This document shows positions 38,072 to 50,100 of a stretch of DNA of 64,000 nt, one piece after another (position 1 is the first letter of the stretch; the number at the start of each line of letters is the position of its first letter). A program made the translations under genes and the position numbers. Origin of the DNA: Eledone cirrhosa (taxonomy: Eukaryota). Where the stretch lies: positions 359,848,001 to 359,912,000 of the forward strand of contig OZ024741.1 of the NCBI GenBank assembly GCA_964016885.1. The letters run 5' to 3'. The notes under the pieces are model-generated. The model saw only the letters and a program-made list of their open reading frames with translations. It ran no database searches and was not told the origin of the DNA.

Positions 38072-38830
38072 TACGATATTTGCCCCCAAAGTAAGGGTAC
38101 TGATGTTTTATTTAAATGTATTAGACGTTCATGAAATTACAAGTTATCTCTTTCAAAGTAAGACCCTTGATTCATCTGTTATTACTTTATCCAAGAAATT
38201 TGGTTCAATTTTGAATCTTTCTAGCAAACCCTGACAAATTTCCAATTGGTTTGCTTTTTGCGCCACAAACAAGTGTTTGGGCACTAGTATTGCACAAATA
38301 TTTCGGATGTGCAAATAATCTGTTAAGATTCTGTGAATTGTGTCTTTATCTAAGCCTGATTCTTCTGCAACCATCCTAACACTTAATCAGTTATCTTTCA
38401 CCATCACTGCTGACACCACTTCCACATTTTGTACATTTGTTGACGAGATTGGTCTTCCAGAACCAGGTTCGTCTTCAACATTTTCTCAGCACTCTTTGAA
38501 AGCTTTGTGCCACTTAAAAACCTTTTAGAGTGACATTTCCACAAGCTTGTGTTAAAGAATTAGATTTTTCGGTGGCAGAGTTGTTGAGTTTCACACCAAA
38601 TTTCATTACATACATTCGATATTTTCCTGCATCGCAAACGTAAGAGGTTATAAGCACGTCTGTACATAAACATCAATAAGTCACGACTGCCTCAATCGAT
38701 CATGTTGAAACAAGTATATACTTAGAGCCAAGATCATAATCAACACGTCTATATACTTCAACGAGGTGCTGCATTATTACCATGTCGTACATAGAAAAAT
38801 CGGTACCCTTACTTTTAGGACAAACCTCTA
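38072..38830 (-). mobile_element. Internally deleted mariner element
   Basis: TIRs tacga..tttg.cc..aaagtaagggtac / gtacccttacttttaggacaaacctc; transposase remnant TIHRILTDYLHIRNICAILVPKHL...FLDKVITDES (WVPHEL and first-D region). Confidence 0.8.
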
Positions 38831-38909
38831 ACGTTGTATGTATGTATGTATGTTTAAACTATACAACACGTGCGTCTTTTTTTCTATTCCTCCCTTTCAG
38901 TCTCTGTTT

Positions 38910-38934
38910 CTGAAGAAGAGCTTATGCTCAAAAC
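38910..38934 (+). ncRNA. Mutated hammerhead core in a Penelope-type tail remnant
   Basis: CTGAAGA-agagc ttat gctc-AAAAC (GAAAC changed to AAAAC). Confidence 0.4.
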
Positions 38935-39009
38935 ACAAAAGAGCTTTATTTCTATTTCCAGTGTGTGAACCTTACAACTACACTGGTTTACCATTTCTCT
39001 TGTGTTCTT

Positions 39010-41620
39010 TCCTTGCTCAGAATAGGCAGTGTGAATGCATATAGTCTGAAGTCGCATTGGAAGCAAAGTCATCTGATAAACCACTTCAGGTCACTAGATA
39101 TAAATGTGATGACTATCAGCGAGACCAATATTTCAAAGTACGGCTATCTTTGGTGGCTACGAAATGTATACATCCCCAAGTGATCCGGGATTGGGAGACA
39201 GAGTCACTGCGCTGTTTCGGAAAGGTCTGCATCTCTGGTTTGGTAGTATCGGTAGAGGCTCGGACGCCATGCTTTGTAGCAAAGAGTTACGACCCTTTAT
39301 GGTCTGAGTTCAAATCCTGCCGAGGTTAACTTTGCCTTTCATCCTTACGGGGTCGATAAAATAAAGTACCAGTAATAATGTGCCAAAAGTAGAAACATTT
39401 ATATAGACCAGGCATGTCAAACTGAGGGTCACATGGGTTACATTATGTGTTGTCTGAGGGCCACACAAAACTAATTGCACACATTTTAACTAATTTATTT
39501 TATTTTATATTACGAAGATAAAACATGCTTGCACTGTAAAAACCTTTGTGCGGGCCGCAGGTGTACTTGTAAAGGGCCGCATACAGCCTGCGGGCCGCAT
39601 GTTTGACATGCCTGATATAGGCCATCTAAAAGACGGTGGATTGGCAGTTATGGCTCTTTACGTTCTGAATTCAAATCCTGTCGAGGTTAGCTTTGCCTTT
39701 CATCCTTACGGGATCGATAAAATAAAGCACCAGTAATACACTGGGGTAATTGCTGGCCTTGTGCCAAAAGTAGACACAATTATTTAGACCATCTTCCTTA
39801 AACCAGAAAGTAATTCGGTGGTGCTGGACATGACCAGCAGAGTAGGCCATGTCTTTAGACTAGTATCTGTCTATACTTCAACAGGGGTGAGACGGCCATA
39901 TTTCTTCATGCATCTCGAGACCTTCCGAGGAACATCCCATTCTTTAGTGTTAGTGGGAGATTGGAACGCTATCTTGAATGCAAGCTGGGATTGTGTGGGG
40001 TTAGCATACACTTAAGGAGCGAGCCTCACAAACCTGCTCAGACATTTCCAACTGTCTGACAAGTACCAACTGGATTTCTCGAATGCGCCCCAGTGTGGAC
40101 TTGGTTAAACCGCATCAAGTCATCCAGATTGCAACTAGAGAGTGTATTTTATAGGTCAGTAGATGGCGTAGGTTATCCACAATTTAATGTGGTCAACTAC
40201 AAAGATTACAAATTTGTGGTCTTTACGCTCGACTTAGATAGGCTTCATAAGCAGGGACCCGGTAACTGGAAGCTGACAAGGACAATTGTCAACAATAAAT
40301 GGTGGTGTGTCCTAAAAGGAGTAATTAGATGAGAGAGAAAGCTAGTTAGAAAGTTAAATGAGGTATAGGAATAAGATATTCCCACTACCAAGCACAAGGT
40401 CTTCGTTGTCAGAGCTAAGGCGCATGCTCTAAGATATGAAGGAATGAAACTTGTTAGATGGGCCAGGGTGTCAGAGGTGCAGCATGGCAACAAACCACAT
40501 TTCTATCAGTCTGGCAATACGGTCGGTGGGAACTTCACTCTGATGTTCTTTTAGCAGAAAAATCTTTAAAATAAGATTTTTGGTTGCGAGAAGGATCCCT
40601 AAAGAAGATTAGGTTACAAGGCTGCGTGTTTATGTTTAGTCCACGTGGAAGGATCAGACCAGAAAACACAGCAAGGAAATATAACAAAGGTTTATTTTTC
40701 TCCGTAAATTATTACAGGTACTAAAAGAATAAAAAGCTGCTGGCATACCGCATGATTAAGTTGAACTAGTTGTTGGGCTCTTGCTGACAGGGCCAAAGTT
40801 TATTGGTAAGTTCTACCTCTTTCCAGTTGCTCCAGGGAATGAATTTAGTAACATCCTGTGTGTACAAAAATGAAGCCGCAACTGTTGAGAAGTGAAAAGA
40901 GGCGCGAATTCGCTTGCTGGGCGGAAGTTATTTCTTGGTATTCTACGCCACCGACTTACAGGCCTGGCGACTGACCAAACACAACTCAATTGTTCCGCCG
41001 CGATAAGGTAGTGTCATTGCTTACTACTTTCTATAAAAGATTATTATTTCGGAAACTCTGGGTGTGGAAGAAAACCAACAAGATGGTCTTTTTTAGAGAA
41101 CTTTTGGTTCAGGGCCTATGGATAATTTCCAGAAACTCCTGGCCCGGCAATGCTACCAGGGGCATAGCTGGTTTTGGATAAACTTTACAGACACAGAAGT
41201 GCCGTCAGCCAAGCCTATCCGTGATGAACACGGGGCGACGAAACCATCCTGCACACACTCACCTAGTATCCATTGCTGATTTATGGGTTTATGTCAAACA
41301 GTTACTATCACGAGTAGGATAGATCCGGTTATCAGCCGAGTCAATTGTGAAAATTGCCCTTCCACCTTCCTTTTACCCGGAAGGACAGGCAGCTTTTATC
41401 TGTTTGGTGACCAAGGCAAAAGAGGTTGTGTGGTGGACTGAAGACAGAAACTTCAATTTGGTCAAGTCCTCATAATTTTTTCCAAGTTTTATTTGAAAAG
41501 GAAATTGAGGATGTGGAGGGAAGTGCTGACTTCCAGCAAATTTGTTGAATGGTGGATAATTCTGGCGAGCATGGTCCGAGTGAACAGGGCTGTTTTGAGT
41601 ATGTGCCTTTAGATTGGAGG
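39010..41620 (+). mobile_element. Fragmented L1/Tx1-like LINE interrupted by SINEs and a MITE
   Basis: IGSVNAYSL...TISET, FRLVSVY...LVGDWNAIL, WTW...SRL and GPGNWKL (APE/Tx1 motifs); AKEVVW near the end. Confidence 0.6.
39409..39614. mobile_element. hAT (Charlie-like) MITE
   Basis: TIRs caggcatgtcaaac / gtttgacatgcctg; 8-bp TSD atatagac / atataggc; internal gcgggccgca repeats. Confidence 0.85.
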
Positions 41621-41809
41621 AGGATATATGGAAGAAAGAACTTGCCTAAGTGTCAGGGTTAAGGTTAAAGTTAGGGTGGCTGTAATTATTTTTTCTGGGT
41701 TTTTCCACGAATAGCCCTCGGATGCACCCCCGCCAAGATTACTTGAGATTTATATGTAATTAATGATTTGAGACAACCAAATTAAGATTATCAAATTAGA
41801 CCCAATTAT

Positions 41810-41945
41810 TAAAAATAAAACGGAAAAGGAAGGGAAAGGCAAGGGCTCTAGTGTCACAGAAGAATGGGGAGTGGTGAGGATGAGGGTGATGGGCTCTGGA
41901 CTTAGGGCGCGGCGGTGATGGGGCTGTGCCCCGCGGACAAGACCT
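41810..41945 (-). mobile_element. CRE-like element 3' UTR fragment
   Basis: Homologous to 24000-24120 and 59540-59640. Confidence 0.6.
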
Positions 41946-42337
41946 GTATTTACAAGATATATTTTTACATAGAATAAAAAATTGAGGGATTATTAAAATA
42001 GAACATTTACCCACGCTTGTAGTACTTCGTCATATGATGCCAATGTTATGCAAATAGTCGTAGCTTTACATATATTTTACATGGTGATTAAAACTCTAAG
42101 GTAGCTACTAGTTCAATTTCGGAGCTTAACTTTTCAGGCTGATGTACCAGATGATGATCACGAGGGTGTTTGGTTATTCTAGTGACTTAGCCTCTATCAC
42201 CCGCAGCAGTGCTGCGAAACTGTGGGTTTGCCTCGAAATTTATTAGAGGAAAACTCTTGTTGTGATGTGTGATTGAGTGTACAGGTCTTTTTCCCCCTTT
42301 TTTTCTTCTTGTATTATACCCTCCTTTTTTTAGTATT

Positions 42338-43341
42338 ACTAGCAGCAGGACCCGGCGTTGCACGGGGTAGGAAACGTGAAATAACAACACGCATGTGCAA
42401 ATATTGAGGAATGCAGCTGTGTATTTTTTGAATTCCCTTATTCTCAGGGAATGATTGTTCATCTACTGGAAACGTAGAACACCAGCAGGCTCGAATCGTG
42501 AAACATCTGCATGCATGTGCAAAATCTGAAGAAAATCAGCTGGATACTCTTTAAGCATACTAAAGCTTAGAGTATGATTTTTCTTCCATTTGGAGAAAAT
42601 CGGTTAGGTACTTTTCGAGTTTTATAGATTCGCACCCAGTCATCCGGACAGACATCATCAGTTATGTCTATTGCACCTGCATGCATACTGTACAGAGTAA
42701 AGCCTGCAATGTTTGAGTAAGACATGTCATGCAACCACACAGCATGTTGGGCCTTCCCCACAGGAGACCATAGCCTCTTCGTAAATCTACCCAATCTGAT
42801 ATAGACCGAACTGTTATATCGGATGCCGAACGCTTCGAAATTACTATTGGGGTCACCATCAACAGGGCTTCGACAAAAGTTTTAAGGTCCTCCTCATTTC
42901 CTCAATCCCCCGAAAATGGTCCTGCTTAAAAGTAAGTAAGTGTTGTGTCTTCTGTTAAATAAACCACATTTTTAACGAAATATTATACGCTACTTACGAT
43001 GTTTAAGTAGCGTTCAATTGAAAATGAAAATGGCATGTAATGCCCAATGCTAATTCGTAAATTTCTTAGAAACCATTAATGGAATCGGAATTTTTTTTAT
43101 CCACAGTAATGCGAGGGGAATAACTAATGTGTGCTGCAAATTTCGAGGAAATCGGTTGGATTATCTTTAAGTTACGCCTCAAAATGCCTTTAAAATGTGG
43201 TTTTTCGCCTAATGCAGAATTTTTTTTAGTTCATTGTACTTCAAGAAATATAAGTAACGCATGTGTAAAGTTTGAAAAAATCGGTCGGGTACTTCTCGAG
43301 TTTTAGGGATTTACACAAAGAGACATCCTCTGTATATAGAT
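42338..43341 (+). mobile_element. Helitron/Helentron-associated non-autonomous element (HINE-like)
   Basis: Starts actagc..gacccggcgttgcacggg; repeated tgtg.aaa.tttga..aaatcggt motifs; possible decayed helicase piece (GVTINRA); ends aca..gacat...tatataga. Confidence 0.5.
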
Positions 43342-43649
43342 ATACATATGTGAAAGAAATATATTTTAAACGTATTTATGCACATTAATATTTTTATTTA
43401 AAAAAAAAGAACCGCACGTGACTACAGCTTTACTTATCTCACAATGACGCAATATCAGTTTTTTATTTATCCTCGGTTAATAATTGTCGAATTAGGTTTT
43501 TACAAGAATTCATAAATGCGACCATGGATGAGTTTAATGTTTTCATTTTATTCCATCAACTAAGGAGAAGTGTGTGTGTGTGTGGGGTTAACAAAGGGAG
43601 ATCACTCTAGATATTTGTTTTGCACGTTGTCGGCGAAAGAATTGCCACT

Positions 43650-43739
43650 ATGGGCAGTAATCCATGTGTTAACCAGGAGGATCTGTTAAAGATATTACAA
43701 GATCTAAATATCCAATATAACAATGTCGAGCATCCTCCG
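43650..43739 (+). CDS. PRORSD1: Prolyl-tRNA synthetase-associated domain protein (ProX/YbaK family deacylase), exon 1
   Basis: gccactATGG Kozak context; MGSNPCVNQEDLLKILQDLNIQYNNVEHPP|gtaacg; the phase-0 join to exon 2 gives the conserved EHPPVYTVEE. Confidence 0.85.
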
Positions 43740-45449
43740 GTAACGAAATATTTCTTAATACTTTTATTGTCACAAATTTAAACATTTTCATTTTAACACC
43801 AACTTCATCTAGGAGTTTAGAGTACTTAATGACTAAAGAACCTTACGTAAGCAATTTTAATTAAGTTGTAATAAAACAACTTAAAGGCGGGAGAAGAAAT
43901 GAGATAACTAAATCTGTCAGATTCAACATTCATCAACATTTTAAAATAGATTTTACCGTTTCTATTTTGCTGTAAGTTAATTGGTATGGGCCTCATTAAT
44001 CAACTATTCTGATTTCAAACTCTGTCAGAGTTCATTAACGCATTTTATTGTGATTACTGTTATTGTTTCGTTCAGCCCGTTGATCCAGGCGACCTATCAT
44101 CAAAGACATTCCAGCGACTATTCTGGTTTTGGGTTTTTTCATGTACAGTGTATCTAGGACTACATAATCCAATGTACACATTGCCTTTATTTAAGACGAC
44201 AGTGTTGTGTGATTCGAGTGAAATAGGTCGATCTTAGAATCTCTATCGTTGTCGTGATCACTCCTGGGTCGATATAATAAGTGCCAGTATATGCTGAAGT
44301 ATATTTAATCGGGTTTAACTCCTTTTCCCTATAAAATTGCCGTTGTGTTTTGACAAAATAAATTATTGCTACAAACCATATATGGCATTCTTGTATCGAT
44401 CACGCGTGATTTGTTCGCGTGTCTCCTTCGTGAGCTAAAACAGTGAATGTAAACCTACTACAAAACCCTGAATATGACAAGCTCAGTGCGATTTTATTAT
44501 TGCTATTTCTGTGTTAGAAGAAGAAATGCTTCGTTAAAACAAATGACACGATTGTTTAATCTATTGTCTTGGATCTTTTGCTTGGGGTGAATAGAAAAAT
44601 ATTTTATTAAAATTTGGAATAATATTTATATATGTGATATTGACGGACGCGAGAATGAATACAGAATACCTAAATGGAGTTTAATATTATTCTTTATTAT
44701 AGCTAAGTGGTGAGTTTGGAGTATCACCTATGAACTCACAGGTTCATCAGACAAGACACAGAATTAGTTTGTTTAGAATAATATATATAACCTAATTAGA
44801 TTTTTCTCTGCAAAATATTAGATATGCGGTTTCCTGTGATATTGACTTTGTGCAGCGCTCTGAGGTCTTTATATTTAACTCCAATTCACTCATAGAGCTA
44901 TCATAAAGCCACATGATCGTTGGCAACATGAATGGACCTGTTATTTTTCTCTAAAACGATTTTTTCCGATTCCGCCCCGCCCGTCCCTTCAATCTTTCTA
45001 ATTTCTCATTCTTTCTTCTAATCAAGGACTAGCGATGTGGGAGAGTGAAGTCTATCAATAAGGACTGGCTTTGGTGAGAGGAACTTTTAGCTGGCAGCAT
45101 AGAGAGGGTGGTGATGGGATGTAGGGACGTAAATGGATCTAATGTTTATACATAGCTAGAGAGGGAGAAGACTGATAAGGTCAGTGGTGGTGTGGGGGCT
45201 AATTATGGACAGGACTAAAGGCACTACTCATTAAGTGGGTAGTATCTTGGAGCAGATGGGAGGGTGGGTGTGGGAAGGACAGAAGGTGAAGATTGTCAGA
45301 CAGATCCAATGTCATCTGTAGGTCATATGGATGGTATGGTGCAGTGAATATAAGGGTGTGGCAGTGACAATGAAGGAGATGAAAGGGGATCAAATATGGG
45401 GGAAAATGGCGTATCAGACAGGAGACTACCATGCAGCTGTATCTCCTAG

Positions 45450-47000
45450 CCTAGGACTACCACCATTTTAGGGATCTTTTTGCCATGCTTGCATTGTGGA
45501 GTAGGTCTTCTCCTGCACTACATGTCCCTAACCATTGCAGTCCTTCATCATCTCTGTTGTGAGGTTTAACTTATTGAGGTTGGTCTTACTCTTCCATAAG
45601 TTCCATCTACTTTGAGTGTCTTGATTTTCTTTATATAGATATCCTCCATATGCATCACATGCCCACACCAGCACAATCTTGCACACAATATTTCTCATCT
45701 TGTTTACACTCCATTGTTCATGTACATTAACATGACACATGCACCAGATGATGCATGCTTCACTTCTTTCTAGTCTTTAGAAATCCTCTGCACTTGTGGA
45801 TCATGTTTTGTTACCATACTGCATCACATATCATGAACAAGTATTGTACAAATTGTCCGTCACTCTAAGACAATTATGGGTAAACTGCAGCCCGTTTGGC
45901 TTTCTGAATGGTATGCTAAATTCATAATTGCCTTGAATTTTTTTAGTAGTACAGCCCACCTTATGATGAGTCACACCCTATGCGGCCCACTGCTCGAAAA
46001 AAGTTGCCCATGCCTACTCTAAGAGGCAATAGCTCCTTGGATTTTTTACAACTAGTTTTTACTACAGATACTATGCTTTCAGAAGACCTACCATCCCTGC
46101 TAATTAGTTCATCCATGTAACAAAAGCTGTCAATTTCTTCTATAGAGCTTGCTGAGAGGTTATTTCAGTGTGTTTACTGCTTCTGTGCTTCTGTTGCATA
46201 TGAAACCTATATACTTTGTTAGCCTCTCTGTGGTCCTGCTACATTTCTTATGCATCCATAGTTTACACTGATTGCCTACCTCCCCCTTTTTTGTATATTG
46301 AACATGGCCATTTCCCTGATGGTATCAGTGACCTGTCCTCTTTCCTACTTACAAGAGCTTTAGTCTTTGTCAGGTTTACTTTGAGGCTTTTGATTCCAGG
46401 TTTTGCTTTCACATTTGGAATTTCTTCTTTAGCTCTTCTACAGAATCAGCTATATGGATTAGGTCATCAACATACTGGAATTCTTATGGGCAACCATTTT
46501 TAAACATTTCTATTATGGCTTGGAGGTTTATGATGAATAGAAGTGGGCTTAGGATTTTGCCTGCACACTAATTCACCGCTATCCTCATTGCTAATCTTCA
46601 CCTTGTAGTGTACATACATAGCTTGCACAGCCTTCACAAGCCATTCATCTACCCCTAGTTTCCTTAGTGCCCACCAGAGTACAGAGCATGGCACCCTGTC
46701 AAATGTGTTCTCCAAATCAATGAATGCTAAGTAGAGAGGCTTACTTTCGCTAAGTATTTTCCCTGCAGCTGTTTCACTAAGATGAGGACACCAATAATAA
46801 CTCTTCCTGGCATGAAACCAAATTGCATCTTATCTAGGTTAATTGTGTCCATAATCAGCTGTGCAATAACTCTTCCAGCAATTTGCAAGACCTGGTCATT
46901 CAACTTGATACCTCTATAGTTTCTTTTCTTTAACACATCTACTTTACCTTTATAGTTGTAAACAATGATGATGTTACTCCTGTACTATCTGATTGATTAT
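45450..47000 (-). mobile_element. Degraded RTE LINE in the PRORSD1 intron
   Basis: NYRGIKLNDQV, MQFGFMPG and FDRVPCSVLWWALRKLGVDEWLV; same family as 11333-14611; interrupted by a hAT MITE piece at ~45880-46015. Confidence 0.85.
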
Positions 47001-47129
47001 GTGCATGACTAAATTTATATATGCGTGTATGTGTGTATGTTTGTGTGTGTGTATGAGAGAGAGAGAGAGAGCAGTAGTAATGCTCTGTTATAGCATGATT
47101 GAGACGTGACCCGGATTGTGTATTGAATC

Positions 47130-50100
47130 TGTTGTATTCCTCTCAGTACTCGCAGAGAAAACACGAGTTATATCAAATAATTTGTGTATTGTACGAAACA
47201 ACCAAAACGCCCCTCCTCACAGTAGCAGAATAACATAAAGTAAGTAAGTGCCAGCAGCAGTCTGTGACCGAGTTTTTAATACCAACGCTGACTGACTGCC
47301 CAGGTCACGTGATTCATATGCAAATGTGTGAGCACGTGTAAACTGAATAAAACGAATTTAACAGTCCATACAACAATGAGGTTGTGAGTTCGATTCCCAG
47401 TTCATACAACACCTCCCCACCGAAATTGATGCGACAAAGGAAGTATCAACAGCAAAGTCTCTCTGGGGGTTTACGAGTTCTCTTGGACCGTCTTCGATTG
47501 TCTGGTCCATACTCTGGAACAGGCAACAAGGTCTTGGGTCTGGTCTGTCTTGGAGTTAGTGGCACGATTTCCGAGATCTCCATCGGGTGATCTGTTGCAA
47601 ATTCAAAAACAGTGTCTACTGCATCACCAGGTTCATTGTCTTCCTCAGTAATGTACCGCGGTTGCAGCTGTTCCCAGTGTCGTCTCCACACCGGGCCATG
47701 AGGTATGACCTTAACGTTGAAGCAGCGAGTACCCAATGACTTCTTAATGATTGCTGGTACCCATCGGGGATCTTTGTCTCGGCGAGGTCCGTAGTACAGT
47801 GCATAAACAGGATCTCGAGCCTTGTACTGCCTGGTAACCTTAGCGACACCTGCCGAGTCCGGAGTCATCTGAGACTTATATGCTTCCTTAGACTGCTTGC
47901 CTTGAGCGATGTGTGCTGGCGAGGGCAGCAGAGAATCAATCCTTGTCCGTATCTGCCGGTGATTCAAAAGTTCACTCGGAGAGAATCCACTGGATGTCGG
48001 TGTTCTCCGGTACTGCATCAAGAACTCTTGAAGTGCTCGCTTCGGCGGAAGAGAAGTCTTCCTCAGACCTGTTTGAAGGTCTGCACCAAACGTTCCGCTG
48101 CTCCGTTGGTAGCTGGGTGGTAAGGTGCCCCTGTCAGGTGCGTGATCCCACGTTCTTTGCACCAGCTCTGGAACTCCTCAGAAATAAAAGTTGGTGCGTT
48201 ATCGGTGACTAGCATGTGAGGAAATCCGAAGTGCGCAAAGTCTTCTTCAAGCAGATGTAAAGTGGCTCTGGAGGACGTGGATGACGTAGGATGAATGCAT
48301 GGATACTTGGAATAAGCATCCATGATCACCAACCAATTACTGCCCATGAAATTTATTGCGTGGTCCAGGTGTAAGCGGCTCCACGGCTTTTCAGGTAACA
48401 TCCTTGGGTGAACTGGAGACTTGGATGGCTGGTTTTGATGTTCACCACACGAATCACATTGTCGACTGGTTTTCTCTATAGCAGCATCGATACCAGGCCA
48501 ATAAACAGCAGTTCTTGCCAATTGTTTCATGCGCTCCGTGCCAAAGTGTCCGAGATGTAGAAGATTGAGGATCTTTGGCTGTAAGCTATGTGGAATCACA
48601 ACTCTCGATCCATGGATAAGGCATCCGTGGCAGATACTGAGTGAATCCGATAACTTCCGGAACTTATTGACTTCGTCATTGATCTCAGTATTCTTTGGTG
48701 GCCAGCCTTCACGGACGTAGCGTATCACTGTAGATATCACTGGATCTTTCCCTGACTCTTGACGGAGGACGTTAGCATCGATAGGTTGGACTTGAAGACT
48801 GAGAGCTTTGATGGCGCACACCATGTCCATGTCTTCACCATTTTCCTTCCTGTCAAAGTCGATGTCATTACCAAATGACAAGCGACTGAGGGCATCTGCA
48901 TTGCCATGATCCGCTGTTTTCCGATATTCGATGGTGTAGTCAAACTGGTTCAGCCACAGGGCCCACCGTGCTAGTCGGTTAGCAGCGAGAAGTGGCGTCC
49001 CTTTCCTCCGACTGAACAGTGATGTCAGTGGCTTGTGGTCAGTTACGAGTATAAACTGATGTCCGTACAGATACTGATAGAACTTCTGCAAGCCAAATAT
49101 GATGGCCAGGGCTTCCTTTTGAATTTGGCCGTAGTTACGCTGTGCAGAAGTAAGAGTCTTGGACACATTGGATATTGGGCGCTCGCTTCCATCAGGATAG
49201 CGATGAAACAGGACTGCTCCAATACCAACGTTTGACGCGTCGCAAGCCAGTCCCAAAGTTTTGTTTGGATCGAAGTGTATCAGAACTCGATCCGATGAAA
49301 GCACATTTTTCGACTGATCGAAAGCTGACTGTTCTTCATCTCCCCACTTCCAAGTAGTCGTTTTTTTCGTAAGGCAATAGAGTGGCTCTGCCATGCTGGC
49401 CAGGTTTGGGATAAACTTTCCATAGAACTGAACTGAACCCAGGAAAGACTTCAAGCTTGAGACGTTCGTTGGAGGTGGCATCTTTAAAACTGCCTCGACC
49501 TTGGATCCCTTCGCGATCCCTTCAGCCGACAAGGTGTGTCCAAGGTATTCCACACTGGGTAGTGCAAACTGGCACTTGTCACGGCGACATCTGAGTCCTT
49601 TGTCGCACAGACGTGTGAGCAGACACTTTAGGTTGTTCACGTGATCGTTTGCATCTTTCTCACTGACGAGCATGTCGTCCTGGAAGACGGCCACACCAGG
49701 TAGATCTTGAGTCAGGTTTTCCATGATCTCCTGAAAGTAACCAGGTGCTGACTTGATTCCAAAAGGGAGTCGTTCCTGCAGGAGCACCCCACGGTGAGTG
49801 CTGAGTGCAAGCCTGCGTTGACTTTCTGGAGCCAGCTTGATCTGATTATAGGCATCAGCAAGATCAATCTTTGTGTATCCGAATCCACCTCCGAGCTTCT
49901 GCATCAGTTCCTCTGGGAGTGGCATTGGATGACGATGATCTGCAAGTTGGTCATTAATTCCCACAGAGTAGTCACCACAAATCCGTAGTTTGGGCTTCAG
50001 GTTGCCTGAAGTATGTGCTTTACGAATCGGTACCACTGGCGTTCCGTATTCGTTGAACTGTACTGGCTTCCAGATTCCTTTGGCGATGCCTTCTTCGTAA

